64,000 nt of DNA from an uncultured Calditrichaceae bacterium (GCA_964495805.1 CAZBWV010000035.1:5924-69923); one strand, 5' to 3'. Positions 18,266 through 28,131 are shown, numbered from the stretch's first letter. The notes: a model not told the origin generated them from the sequence alone. Translations and numbers: made by a program.

Positions 18266-20206
18266 GTGGTAAGAACAACAGTCAGAAGGTTTCACGTGAA
18301 ACACAAGGGGAACATTCGGGAGTTTGATGTGGTGGTCGCCGGCGGGGGTCACGCCGGTATTGAGGCGGCACTGGCCGCAGCACGGCTGGGTATGCGCACC
18401 GCCCTGGTCTCCCTGCGCATCGACACCATCGGTAAAATGTCCTGTAATCCCGCCATTGGCGGATTGGCCAAGGGACATCTGGTGCGCGAAATCGATGCAC
18501 TGGGAGGCGAGATGGCCAAACTGATCGATCGCACCGGAATTCATTTTAAAATTCTCAATCGCTCCAAAGGTCCTGCGGTGTGGTCGCCACGCGCCCAGGC
18601 CGACCGACAGGCGTATGCCCGCGCCGCCCAGCAGGTGGTGCTGAACCAACCCGGTCTGAAAGTCATCCAGGCTGCGGTTACCGGACTGCAGGTGAAAAAC
18701 GGGAAAGTGACTGCAGCGGTGCTGGACGATGGCACCCGACTCCCCTGTCGGGCGCTCATCCTGACCTGTGGGACGTTTTTAAACGGCAAAATTTTTATCG
18801 GATTGAGTGAACTGGCCAGCGGTCGTGCGGGAGAACCACCGGTACGCGGATTAACCGAAGCGCTGGTGGATTTGGGGTTTGAAGCGGGACGGTTGAAAAC
18901 CGGTACCCCTCCCCGGGTACATCGGGATTCCATCGATTATTCGAAGGTCATTGAACAAAAACCGGATCGTCCACCCGAACCGTTTTCATTTCAAACAGAA
19001 TCCATTAACCGCCGCCAGCTTAGTTGCTATATCACCCACACCAATCCTCATACCCACGATTTTCTTCGGTTGGGACTGGATCGGTCACCGCTATACACGG
19101 GCATGATCAAAGGCGTCGGTCCCCGTTACTGTCCTTCTATCGAGGACAAAATTGTGAGATTTGCGGACAAAGAACGACATCAGCTGTTTCTGGAACCGGA
19201 AGGGTTCGACAACGAAGAAGTCTATGTTAATGGGTTTGCCACCAGTTTACCGGAGGATGTGCAGATACGCTCCCTGCATTCGGTTCCGGGGCTTGAAAAA
19301 GCCAAAATCATTCGTCTGGGATATGCCATTGAGTACGATTTTTTCCCCTCTTATCAGATTCGCCATACCATGGAGACCCGGCTGGTGGAGGGGCTTTATT
19401 TTGCCGGGCAAATAAATGGTACCTCCGGGTATGAGGAGGCGGCCGCCCAGGGATTGATGGCGGGAATCAACGCTGCGTTGAAAATCAAAGGCGAGCCCCC
19501 GTTGATTCTGGATCGTTCTCAGGCTTACATCGGGGTGTTAATTGACGATTTGATCAACAAAACCATCCTGGAGCCCTACCGCATGTTTACTTCCCGGGCG
19601 GAGTTTCGGCTATTGTTACGGCACGACAATGCGGATTTACGGCTGATGGAGATTGGCTACCATATTGGCCTGCTTCCTGAGCGCGCATACCAGAGGATGG
19701 TGGAAAAGCGGGAGCGGATTCACCGTTTATTCGAAGAAATCGATCGGCACAGCGTGTCTCCGGAGCAGTTTAATGCCTATGCGGAAGAAGTGGGGACTGC
19801 CCCCATTCATCAAACCCTTCCCTTGAAGCAGGTGTTGAAACGTCCGGAGGTGAAATTAAGCGAAATGTTAAAAATGTTGGGAATAACCGATGAATACGGG
19901 AAGGATGAATTGATCCATGTGGAATTTTTGACCAAGTATGAGGGGTACATTCGTCGGCAGGAGGAGCTGGTGGAGAAGTTTAAGAAGATGGAGCATCGGG
20001 AGATACCGGAGGATTTTGATTATCTGGCCATACCGTCTCTTTCGGCGGAGAGCCGGGAGAAGTTGATGCAGGTGCGTCCGCGTTCGTTGGGGCAGGCCAG
20101 CCGCATTTCCGGGGTGCGACACAGCGACATCACCATTCTGATGATTTATCTGGACAAATACGAGCGCACTCGCCGGGACGTTTCACGTGAAACAGTTGAC
20201 GGTTAA
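18266..20206 (+). CDS. mnmG: tRNA uridine 5-carboxymethylaminomethyl modification enzyme MnmG (GidA)
   Basis: FDVVVAGGGHAGIEAALAAARLGMRTAL is the FAD site, and the protein is full-length GidA-like. A GTG start at 18266 or 18296 is possible; the latter lies inside the palindrome. Confidence 0.9.
   Translation: MVRTTVRRFHVKHKGNIREFDVVVAGGGHAGIEAALAAARLGMRTALVSLRIDTIGKMSCNPAIGGLAKGHLVREIDALGGEMAKLIDRTGIHFKILNRSKGPAVWSPRAQADRQAYARAAQQVVLNQPGLKVIQAAVTGLQVKNGKVTAAVLDDGTRLPCRALILTCGTFLNGKIFIGLSELASGRAGEPPVRGLTEALVDLGFEAGRLKTGTPPRVHRDSIDYSKVIEQKPDRPPEPFSFQTESINRRQLSCYITHTNPHTHDFLRLGLDRSPLYTGMIKGVGPRYCPSIEDKIVRFADKERHQLFLEPEGFDNEEVYVNGFATSLPEDVQIRSLHSVPGLEKAKIIRLGYAIEYDFFPSYQIRHTMETRLVEGLYFAGQINGTSGYEEAAAQGLMAGINAALKIKGEPPLILDRSQAYIGVLIDDLINKTILEPYRMFTSRAEFRLLLRHDNADLRLMEIGYHIGLLPERAYQRMVEKRERIHRLFEEIDRHSVSPEQFNAYAEEVGTAPIHQTLPLKQVLKRPEVKLSEMLKMLGITDEYGKDELIHVEFLTKYEGYIRRQEELVEKFKKMEHREIPEDFDYLAIPSLSAESREKLMQVRPRSLGQASRISGVRHSDITILMIYLDKYERTRRDVSRETVDG
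18289..18302. repeat. perfect 14-bp palindrome GTTTCACGTGAAAC, copy 1 (at the mnmG 5' end)
   Basis: Read directly from the sequence. Identical copies occur at 20180 and 20220. Confidence 0.9.
20180..20193. repeat. perfect 14-bp palindrome GTTTCACGTGAAAC, copy 2 (11 nt before the mnmG stop)
   Basis: Read directly from the sequence. Confidence 0.9.
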
Positions 20207-20217
20207 ATAAAAGACGG

Positions 20218-20904
20218 GTGTTTCACGTGAAACATGGAAAATCCACATACGCGAACCAATGGATACGGCTGCAGGAGCTGTTTCCGGAATTTTCTTCCGA
20301 CCAGATGGAAAAACTCAATCGATATGCGGGTATGCTGGTGGAGTGGAATCGCCGGGTTCATCTGATTTCCCGCGCGGATGAACAGCGAGTGTGGACCCAT
20401 CACCTTCTGCCCAGTTTAATTGTCCTGAAGTTGACCGAACTCCCCGCAGGGGGCTCCCTGCTTGACCTGGGGAGCGGTGGAGGGCTGCCCGGTCTGCCCC
20501 TAAAAATGGCACGACCTGACCTGTCGGTGGTGCTGGTAGAATCGGTGCGCAAAAAGGCGTTGTTCTTAAAGCGGGTGGTGGAAGAACTGGGACTAACCGG
20601 GATCGCGGTTATCAACGAACGGCTGGAACCGGGTCGAGAGGCACGTTGGGGGCTGGGTGAGAAAATAGATGTGGTCACCGCACGCGCGGTGGCGGAAGTG
20701 AATGTGTTGTGGGAGCTAAGTGTGCGACTGCTACGACCGGGAGGGGCTTTAATAACCTGGAAGGGAGATCAGGAGGAAAATGAGTTTCGGCAATTTCAAA
20801 AGCAGTTGTCACTTTCCGGCGAAATCCTTGCCGTTCCTTCCAGATGGCACGATTTCTCCCCGCGCTTCCCGCATATGCGCATTTTTCGCCTGGAAAAATC
20901 ATAA
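20218..20904 (+). CDS. rsmG: 16S rRNA (guanine527-N7)-methyltransferase RsmG (GidB)
   Basis: LLDLGSGGGLPGLPLKMARPDLSVVLVESVRKKALFLK, with a GTG start. Confidence 0.85.
   Translation: MFHVKHGKSTYANQWIRLQELFPEFSSDQMEKLNRYAGMLVEWNRRVHLISRADEQRVWTHHLLPSLIVLKLTELPAGGSLLDLGSGGGLPGLPLKMARPDLSVVLVESVRKKALFLKRVVEELGLTGIAVINERLEPGREARWGLGEKIDVVTARAVAEVNVLWELSVRLLRPGGALITWKGDQEENEFRQFQKQLSLSGEILAVPSRWHDFSPRFPHMRIFRLEKS
20220..20233. repeat. perfect 14-bp palindrome GTTTCACGTGAAAC, copy 3 (at the rsmG start)
   Basis: Read directly from the sequence. Its centre is 40 bp from copy 2. Confidence 0.9.
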
Positions 20905-21070
20905 CCACTTCATTTCCTGGTGGCATCTCAAAATTCATTTTTTTATTTTTGACCGAACGCAAATGAAAAGCTGGAAACCTTGGGTAAATTTAAACCGAAT
21001 TTCTAAAAAAACCGGCAGATTTATCCGGAAAGAGCGTTAAATTATCTGGTCAGATGACAGGGATGGAACA

Positions 21071-22057
21071 ATGACAAAAATCGTTTCTTTTATCATTCAA
21101 AAAGGAGGGTGCGGAAAAACCACCACGACTGCGAACACAGCAGGGTACCTGGCCCAACAGGGCTATCGGGTGTTGTGCGTGGATATGGATCCACAGGGAA
21201 ACCTCACCCAACATTTAGGTTATAATAATGAGGCTTTAGATCTCACGATTTTGCATCTTTTTCAGAAAAAAGCAGAGTTTGACGAAGTGGTGTTGAAACG
21301 CAGTGAGAACCTGCATTTGCTTCCCAACAATCTGGAAACGGCAGGCGCAGAACTGATTCTGTACCATTCCTTTTCCCGTGAATTCTTACTCCGGGATGTG
21401 CTGGCGCCAATAACGCATAGATATGATTTTATATTAATTGACTGTCCCCCCGCACTGGGACTCTTTTCAGTCAATGCACTGGCTGCTTCCACAGATTTTG
21501 TGCTGGTGGTGGCTCCTGAATTTTTCCCCATGCGTGCCATTAAACCTTTATACGAAACATACCGAATGGTAAAAGAAAAGCTCAACCATACCTTGCAATT
21601 TAATGGTGTATTAATGACTATGTGCGATTTCCGCACCAATCATAGCCGGGAAGTACTGAAAATCCTGAAACGAAATTTCCCTCATAAATTGTACAATGCT
21701 TTTATCCGCCAGAATGTCACATTAAAAGAAGCTTCAGCTTACGGCCAAACCATTTTTGAATATGCACCTAATTCCATCGGAGCATTTGATTACCAGAATT
21801 TTGTGGAAGAGTTTCTTTTGGATAATCATCAAAACAAGCTCAAGCGGGAATACTATCAGCGCCGGTTTGATTCCCTGCCTCCGGAAGAAAAGCAACAAAT
21901 CCTGGAATTCGCGAAAAAGAACCTTTCCACTTACAGTCAGACGCTGCTGGAGCGCGTGGATATCAGTCGTGTGTTGAAGGAAGCACTCATCATAGAACGC
22001 AATAAAATTATCGAAAGGCTTTTTCCTTATCGAAAGTCTCAACATGTGGAAACGTGA
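21071..22057 (+). CDS. ParA/Soj-family P-loop ATPase with an extension of about 80 aa at the C-terminus
   Basis: The deviant Walker A IQKGGCGKTTTTAN and VLCVDMDPQGNL. No parB follows it. Confidence 0.75.
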   Translation: MTKIVSFIIQKGGCGKTTTTANTAGYLAQQGYRVLCVDMDPQGNLTQHLGYNNEALDLTILHLFQKKAEFDEVVLKRSENLHLLPNNLETAGAELILYHSFSREFLLRDVLAPITHRYDFILIDCPPALGLFSVNALAASTDFVLVVAPEFFPMRAIKPLYETYRMVKEKLNHTLQFNGVLMTMCDFRTNHSREVLKILKRNFPHKLYNAFIRQNVTLKEASAYGQTIFEYAPNSIGAFDYQNFVEEFLLDNHQNKLKREYYQRRFDSLPPEEKQQILEFAKKNLSTYSQTLLERVDISRVLKEALIIERNKIIERLFPYRKSQHVET

Positions 22058-22881
22058 TGCGATATTCCTGTCTCCTTGTTTTGCTGATATTTGCAATGCA
22101 AGGGATGGCGGCTTTTGAGATTTCAGGAATGAACGTATTTAATAGCGGAAATCCAGCCCGGTCATGGGCGGGGACGAACTCAAACTCCGGTTTCATTAAC
22201 AATCCTGCCGGAATAACCAATGGACGTTTCTGGAGCGGAATCTCTTATTTTAAACCCTACAATCTGAATTCTCTGTATCAGGCATCCCTGGTGGTGCGTA
22301 TGCCTGGCTGGAAAAACTTAAATGGTGGAGTGGCTCTGAATAGTTTTGGAAATCCCCTATATCGGGAAACCATGATGTGTTTGAATGTATCTCGTTCTTT
22401 TTTCAGGAATACCTTTTATTTTGGGGTGAATTTGCGAAATTATTTTCTGACTATACAAAATTACGGTGGATTCTATAGTTGGGGAATTGATGTGGGAGCA
22501 GGATATTTTCTTTATGACCCTTTGTTTATATCGTTTTCGGTGATCAATCTCAACCAGCCCGTTTTGAATGGTTATCGGCACCAGATTCCAACCCTTGCCA
22601 GTCTGGGGATCGCTTTTCGACCGGGAGACCGTGTGGAATTTACCGCCGCAGTGCAAAAAGAGGAGGCCTTTCCGGTGAACGTGCTGGTGGGTTTCAGTTT
22701 CTGGATTGATCGGAATTTTATGGTCCAGAGCGGATTCCAGAGCTATCCCGGAACCCCTTCGGTGGGACTGATACTTGGCAAGGGAAACGTCCGATTTCAC
22801 TATGCACTTCAGTATCACTTTCAACTGGGGGAAACCCACTTCTGGGGAATATCGTTCGGGGGAGGAAATTTTGGACACTAA
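22054..22881 (+). CDS. putative outer-membrane beta-barrel protein (possibly PorP/SprF-like)
   Basis: A signal peptide and alternating hydrophobic/aromatic beta-strand pattern rich in G/N/Y/F. No catalytic motif was seen. Confidence 0.4.
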   Translation: MMRYSCLLVLLIFAMQGMAAFEISGMNVFNSGNPARSWAGTNSNSGFINNPAGITNGRFWSGISYFKPYNLNSLYQASLVVRMPGWKNLNGGVALNSFGNPLYRETMMCLNVSRSFFRNTFYFGVNLRNYFLTIQNYGGFYSWGIDVGAGYFLYDPLFISFSVINLNQPVLNGYRHQIPTLASLGIAFRPGDRVEFTAAVQKEEAFPVNVLVGFSFWIDRNFMVQSGFQSYPGTPSVGLILGKGNVRFHYALQYHFQLGETHFWGISFGGGNFGH

Positions 22882-24058
22882 ACGGAGAAAAATCGGATTC
22901 TTTTTTGTTTTCTGGATTCTGGCAATCTTTGCCCTCCCGATAGCTCAGGACGTCGCCACCCTTCAGCAAAAGCTGGCCCGTATCGAGAAGGAAATCCAGG
23001 ACCTGGAACAACAATTGGCGAGTACAAACAAAAAACTGCGCACCGAGAGCGCATTTCTGGATAAACTGGACCAGCAGATTAGCTTGATTCATCGAAAGGC
23101 ATTAATTTACCGGCAGGCGGTGGAGGAAAAGAACCGCCGTATTCAGCAGCTGGAAGCCCAGATAGACTCCCTTCAGAGAAAGAAGAGAAAGCTGCAGGCG
23201 GTTTTCGAAAGGGAGGTGCGATTTGCCTACAAATATCAACGGGGGAAACACCTGGACTGGATTTTAGGTGCACGGAATTTTCACGCTGCGCTCATCCGGC
23301 AACGGTATTTCCAGCTGGCCACCGCAGCGGAAAAAAAGAACTACCAGCGATTAATGCGGTTAAACGAAGAACTTCGTTCGCGGAAGGCAAAGTTGGCAGC
23401 GGAGGTGGAGGCAGTCCAAAAATTGCTCGCCGAATTGAATCAGGAAGAGAACCGGTTGAAAAAACAGCGCCGGTTCAAAACTCAGCTGGTTCAGAAAATT
23501 GTTCGGAATAAAAAATTGCTGGCTCAATCCCTGCAAAACAAAAAACGCAGTTTCGAGAAACTCAAGAAACTGCTCGCCTCTCTGGAAAAAGAGCGACCTC
23601 AACGTCGGTATGAAACCAAAACAAAAATTAAATGGGAAAAGTTAACCGGCAGCTTTGCCCGCAACAAAGGCCGATTGAACTGGCCAGTGCAGGGAACCAT
23701 TCTCCATAAATTTGGGCGCTATAGAAATCCCCGATTGAAAACAGTTCTAAATAACACCGGAATTGACATTCGGGCAAAATTAGGGACCCAGGTACGGTGT
23801 GTTTTTTCCGGAGTGGTTAGCCTGATTACGTACATTAGCGGCTTCGGCAATACCATCATTATCGATCATAACGATGGATATTATACGGTATATTCGCACC
23901 TGGATCAGGTTTTGGTGGGACGCGATGAATTTGTGGAAGGGGGAACGGTTATCGGGACGGTAGGAGAGTCCGGATCACTGGAAGGTCCGAAGCTCCACTT
24001 CGAAATCTACGGGAACAATAAACCTCTCAACCCATTAAAATGGTTAAGTAAAAAGTAA
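22871..24058 (+). CDS. M23-family peptidase with an N-terminal coiled coil (EnvC-like murein hydrolase activator)
   Basis: A long coiled coil, then the LytM/M23 domain GIDIRAKLGTQVRCVFSGVV...IIIDHNDGYYTVYSHL...GESGSLEGPKLHFEI. A TTG start at 22871 after GGGGGAGGA was chosen to avoid the overlap that the ORF-track start at 22775 would create. Confidence 0.7.
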   Translation: MDTKRRKIGFFFVFWILAIFALPIAQDVATLQQKLARIEKEIQDLEQQLASTNKKLRTESAFLDKLDQQISLIHRKALIYRQAVEEKNRRIQQLEAQIDSLQRKKRKLQAVFEREVRFAYKYQRGKHLDWILGARNFHAALIRQRYFQLATAAEKKNYQRLMRLNEELRSRKAKLAAEVEAVQKLLAELNQEENRLKKQRRFKTQLVQKIVRNKKLLAQSLQNKKRSFEKLKKLLASLEKERPQRRYETKTKIKWEKLTGSFARNKGRLNWPVQGTILHKFGRYRNPRLKTVLNNTGIDIRAKLGTQVRCVFSGVVSLITYISGFGNTIIIDHNDGYYTVYSHLDQVLVGRDEFVEGGTVIGTVGESGSLEGPKLHFEIYGNNKPLNPLKWLSKK

Positions 24059-24156
24059 ATACAGTTTCATTTCGGATAAGAAATTTTTGTATTTTTTACG
24101 TGAAGATGTTAAAATTGTATAACCACATCAATCACTAAAATTCAGGGGAGGATTGT

Positions 24157-24588
24157 ATGTCTCGTGGAACAGTCAACAAAGTCGTACTCATTGGGCGGTT
24201 GGGGGCAGATCCGGAAGTTCGCTATGCTCCCAGTGGAAGTGCGGTGGCAAATTTTCGAATCGCCACAAACCATTCTTACAAGGATAGGGATGGGAATTTT
24301 CAGGAAGTCACCGCCTGGCATCGCATTGTCGCCTGGACGCGGCTGGCCGAATTTGCCAAGCAATATTTACACAAAGGCATGCGGGTGTACGTGGAGGGCC
24401 GAATCCAGTATCGGGAGTGGGAAGATCAGAATGGGGTGAAGCGAAACACCACCGAAATTATCGCCAATGATATTCAAATGCTGGATTCGCCACCGGCTCA
24501 GGAAGCCATCCAGGATGAAATTGCTGATTCCGAATTCGACTCGCCCTCCGAAAATGATCAGGTAGCGGATGAGGATGTACCATTTTAA
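24157..24588 (+). CDS. ssb: single-stranded DNA-binding protein
   Basis: [18 protein letters not shown] is an OB fold, and the acidic tail ends in DEDVPF. Confidence 0.9.
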   Translation: MSRGTVNKVVLIGRLGADPEVRYAPSGSAVANFRIATNHSYKDRDGNFQEVTAWHRIVAWTRLAEFAKQYLHKGMRVYVEGRIQYREWEDQNGVKRNTTEIIANDIQMLDSPPAQEAIQDEIADSEFDSPSENDQVADEDVPF

Positions 24589-24657
24589 CAGAAAAGAAAC
24601 GACCGGGTGGTTGTGGCGTTTAAAATATGACAAAACATTGGGATAATGTGAAATTCA

Positions 24658-25287
24658 ATGAACCGTTTATTTAGCATACTGGTTATTCTATGCGTTCCTG
24701 TTTTTCTGATGGCTCAATACGAAGATCTGGAACCGCCACAACATGGTACTGAATATGGAATTGGTTTTACCCTGGCGATGGGCGGATTCGGTCTGGGTGG
24801 TTATTATCGGCACGCGTTACCCGGATATATGGGATTGGGTGTCAGTGCCGATTTTTACATGATGCGCGATGACAAGGAATACGAAATTTATGACCCTTAT
24901 AGCAATTTTTACTATCAGCTAAACAAAATTAACCGGTTATTCTTCATCCCTATCCACGTGGAGCTAAAAAAACGGCTGTTTCCTGACGATATTGAGGACA
25001 ATTTTCGGCCGTACATAGTGGGCGGTGCCGGTGGTGTTTTTGGCATGAACTTCCCGCGGAAAACACAGGTGGAAGGGGGAGATTACCCCCGAAAAAATGA
25101 ATTTCGTTTTACTTTGGATTTTTACTTTGGGTTTGGTGTGGATATTACAACGAACGAAGATTATTATTTTTCGATTCGGCCTCAGATTCGATTTGTTCAG
25201 TTTGCTCAGAGCATTGCTGGCGATCGAAATCATTCCACTTTTGAAATCCGCCTGGAGTTGGGGAAACGAATTGTGACCCAAAATTAA
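24658..25287 (+). CDS. hypothetical outer-membrane beta-barrel protein (OmpW/porin-like)
   Basis: A signal peptide followed by alternating beta-strand pattern such as YYFSIRPQIRFVQF. Confidence 0.5.
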   Translation: MNRLFSILVILCVPVFLMAQYEDLEPPQHGTEYGIGFTLAMGGFGLGGYYRHALPGYMGLGVSADFYMMRDDKEYEIYDPYSNFYYQLNKINRLFFIPIHVELKKRLFPDDIEDNFRPYIVGGAGGVFGMNFPRKTQVEGGDYPRKNEFRFTLDFYFGFGVDITTNEDYYFSIRPQIRFVQFAQSIAGDRNHSTFEIRLELGKRIVTQN

Positions 25288-25297
25288 CGGGGGAACT

Positions 25298-25495
25298 ATG
25301 GGACCATTTTACAGAAGTTTGCTGAAGAGCAGTGAGACCAATCGTTTTTATAACCATTTTTTCCGTGCGGGCAGGAACATGATGGCTTTCTGGCGACAGC
25401 GGCGGAACAGAATTTTAAAGCATGTGGGGTTGGGCGGTAAAACCCACGTGTTCGAGCGAGGCCATGTTCAGTGGAATCGCAAAGGTCGGTGGTAG
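25298..25495 (+). CDS. small, very basic hypothetical protein (65 aa)
   Basis: GGGGGA lies 5 nt upstream, and a terminator follows 28 nt downstream. I recognise no homologue. Confidence 0.25.
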   Translation: MGPFYRSLLKSSETNRFYNHFFRAGRNMMAFWRQRRNRILKHVGLGGKTHVFERGHVQWNRKGRW

Positions 25496-25522
25496 TTGTA
25501 GTATATTGTTTTAAAATGACTT

Positions 25523-25550
25523 AAGCGCCCTCCGGGGCGCTTTTTCGTTT
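25523..25550 (+). terminator. rho-independent terminator
   Basis: AAGCGCCC-TCCG-GGGCGCTT hairpin followed by TTTCGTTTT. Confidence 0.45.
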
Positions 25551-25626
25551 TAGCGAGGACTAAAATTTTGCACAACATTGATGTGGAACAACTCGATTCA
25601 TCGAAGATGAATTTTTGCAGAATGTA

Positions 25627-27036
25627 TTAGAATTTGAATATCTGGAAAATACCCTTTTTACTCTCTTTCCGTTTCTCTTCGCAAATCTTTTCCACTACAC
25701 TTTCGTCGATGTGGTTTTGCAGTAATTTGGCGCGCAGTTCGTCCAGTGAGAGATTACGATTGTTCATGTAAATCTCTCGGGCCCTCTGGGTATCCCACTC
25801 AATCTTCATATCCCTGATGTGTGTCTTCAGGTTCGAATATTTATTAATGATATCCTCGGTTTTTTGTATGTATTCCGCGAGGAGTTTGGCATCAACCCGA
25901 TCATCCTGGATTACCTGCAGACGCTTTAACCGACGATCTGCGGCATCGCGAAAAGCGTTGGCTTTATCCAGCAGTCGTTGCGTGGTATAAAGGGCATTTT
26001 CGTAATCCTGGATTTTCAGGTAGAAAAAGATAAGCAGCCTGTACACATGGAAGAGCTTGAGTTTTTTGTCCTCCAGCACTTTGTTTCGAATGATGTCCCG
26101 GTAAGCATTGATGGTTCCTTTCAGAACCGTTTGCTGATCCAGTGGTACGCCGGGCCAATAGGATTGAACTTGCGATATGTATTTCAGATAGGAGGGATAT
26201 TCATGGAAGGGTGAGTGCAACAAATTCCCGGAACCGGCCATGGTTACCTCGCGAAACTCATTGCCCAGCTTGTTGTATTCGTTCAGTCGGAGTAACACAT
26301 CATCCATGTGCCGAGTCATGGATTGATAGAGCTGATGTATTTTATCCTGAAAGTTTACCCATCCGGGGACATTTTGTTCTTTTTCCAGCTGAATTTGTCT
26401 ATCCAGCCATTGATTCAAATCCTCCAGGTTGGCCAGCGCATTCATAAAGTTCGATTGCATCATTTCATAATATTTTTTGTATTCATCGTAAATCTTGCTG
26501 CGCTCCATTGAGTTTTTGTTTGTCTCAACGGTTAGAAACATCCAGTACAGGCGGTGGTAATACCGGGCAATTTTTAACAGATCAGGATCGCTCTCACCAA
26601 CGACTTGCTGGATATAAATGGCCAGATAGTGCAAAGAGACCTGAGAAAGAAAATCCGTGTAGGGATAGTTAATGTAACGGCTAAGATGCTCAATCACCGG
26701 GTTTTTTGAGTATACCTCCCGGTATTTTTTTATAAGCTGTTTTTGTCGGAAAAGAAGTTCGCTCGGTTTTTTCAAAAAGGTGCTTTTTTCTTCAGTGAAC
26801 TTGCAATGAATGCAATGCCAGAAAAAGTACTGGTGAAGATTGTAGCGTGTGTAATGGGGGTCAACCCAGTGATATTTGCTAATATAACCATCCTCTTCCC
26901 GACGTTCGATGACGTAAGTGCGATCTTTCAGAAATATATGCAGCGACTCCTTACCGCACACCGGACATTTTGTCGTCTTTTCCAGAAAGGGTTTTACATT
27001 TTCACCGGGTAGCGGTTGTGTGGAGGCGTTCGTCAT
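25627..27036 (-). CDS. hypothetical protein with an N-terminal zinc ribbon and a helical (TPR-like?) C-terminal region, possibly DUF2225-like
   Basis: CPVCG...(48 aa)...CIHCKF. The start was moved to the ATG at 27036, which is preceded by a GGAGGG SD. Confidence 0.55.
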   Translation of the reverse strand: MTNASTQPLPGENVKPFLEKTTKCPVCGKESLHIFLKDRTYVIERREEDGYISKYHWVDPHYTRYNLHQYFFWHCIHCKFTEEKSTFLKKPSELLFRQKQLIKKYREVYSKNPVIEHLSRYINYPYTDFLSQVSLHYLAIYIQQVVGESDPDLLKIARYYHRLYWMFLTVETNKNSMERSKIYDEYKKYYEMMQSNFMNALANLEDLNQWLDRQIQLEKEQNVPGWVNFQDKIHQLYQSMTRHMDDVLLRLNEYNKLGNEFREVTMAGSGNLLHSPFHEYPSYLKYISQVQSYWPGVPLDQQTVLKGTINAYRDIIRNKVLEDKKLKLFHVYRLLIFFYLKIQDYENALYTTQRLLDKANAFRDAADRRLKRLQVIQDDRVDAKLLAEYIQKTEDIINKYSNLKTHIRDMKIEWDTQRAREIYMNNRNLSLDELRAKLLQNHIDESVVEKICEEKRKESKKGIFQIFKF

Positions 27037-27169
27037 ACCTGTGCCCTCCAAATTGGTAATTATATAATCGACAGACACGGAATGACTTTAGAATCGGTTT
27101 GTGAAACGAATACTAAATCCGAATGATGGGAAAGAAAAAAGGCGGGCCAACCTTAAAAAATCTATCTTC

Positions 27170-27198
27170 TTGACATAAAATGTTTCCCGATGTAATTT
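27170..27198 (+). promoter_or_regulatory. sigma-70-like promoter for rnfB (TTGACA-17-TAATTT)
   Basis: Read from the sequence. The longest-ORF ATG at 27180 lies inside this promoter, which argues for the downstream start. Confidence 0.4.
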
Positions 27199-27212
27199 TT
27201 CCCACAAATTTA

Positions 27213-28079
27213 ATGTTGAGGGAACAACAGGTGGATGTACAAATCCTTTCTTCGTTGATAACACTGGGCGGTTTGGGATTTTTATTTGGTGCCATTCTGG
27301 CCATTGCCTCCCGTGTGTTTTATGTGGAAAAAGATCCGCGCATTGAGCAAATTGATGAGATTTTGCCGCAGGCTAACTGCGGTGGTTGCGGTTACCCCGG
27401 ATGTGCTAACTATGCAGAAGCGATAGTAAAGGATGGTGCGCCGATTAATTTGTGTGCACCGGGTGGCGAGGAAGTACTGGTTAAAATCAGCGAAATTCTG
27501 GGTGTGGAAGCCGAAGAAGTGGAGCCTCAGGTGGCGGTCGTCCGTTGTCAGGGTGCCCATGGCGTGGCAAAGGATAAGTTTGAGTACGAAGGGATTGAGG
27601 ATTGTAACGCTGCTGTGTTGGTTCAGGGAGGACACAAAGCCTGTGTGTATGGGTGTCTGGGATTTGGCTCCTGTGTCAAAGCCTGTCCCTTCGATGCCAT
27701 GAAAATGCTGGATAACGGTTTGCCCTATGTGTTTGAAGATAAATGTACCGGTTGCGGCATCTGCGTGGAAGAATGTCCCAAGGGAATCATGGAACTGGTT
27801 CCCCGTTCTCAGAAGGTCTTTTTGGGATGCGTGAATAAGGATGCCGGTAAGGCGGTGCGCGAGGTGTGTAGTGTGGGATGTATCGCCTGCGGATTGTGCG
27901 CCAAACCAAAAATCACGCCTTCCGGAAAGGTTTATATGGAAGATAATCTGCCGGTGGTTCCCCCGGATTGGGAAGATTTCGAAATGGCGGTTAAGCGCTG
28001 TCCCACCAAATCGTTTGTGGTGCGAATTCCCAAAGAAGAAGAAGCTGAGCAGAAAGTGGAGAAAGCAGTGGAGGCCTGA
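27213..28079 (+). CDS. rnfB: Rnf complex subunit B (polyferredoxin), encoded apart from rnfCDGEA
   Basis: An N-terminal TM helix, the RnfB cluster CGGCGYPGCANYAEA, and then CxxCxxCxxxCP ferredoxin motifs (CTGCGICVEECP, CIACGLCAKP). A start at GTG 27234 after GAGGGAA is also plausible. Confidence 0.8.
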   Translation: MLREQQVDVQILSSLITLGGLGFLFGAILAIASRVFYVEKDPRIEQIDEILPQANCGGCGYPGCANYAEAIVKDGAPINLCAPGGEEVLVKISEILGVEAEEVEPQVAVVRCQGAHGVAKDKFEYEGIEDCNAAVLVQGGHKACVYGCLGFGSCVKACPFDAMKMLDNGLPYVFEDKCTGCGICVEECPKGIMELVPRSQKVFLGCVNKDAGKAVREVCSVGCIACGLCAKPKITPSGKVYMEDNLPVVPPDWEDFEMAVKRCPTKSFVVRIPKEEEAEQKVEKAVEA

Positions 28080-28131
28080 GGGAGACAATAAAATTCCAAT
28101 TTCTTGAACATTGATTGAATTAGGTTAAATC

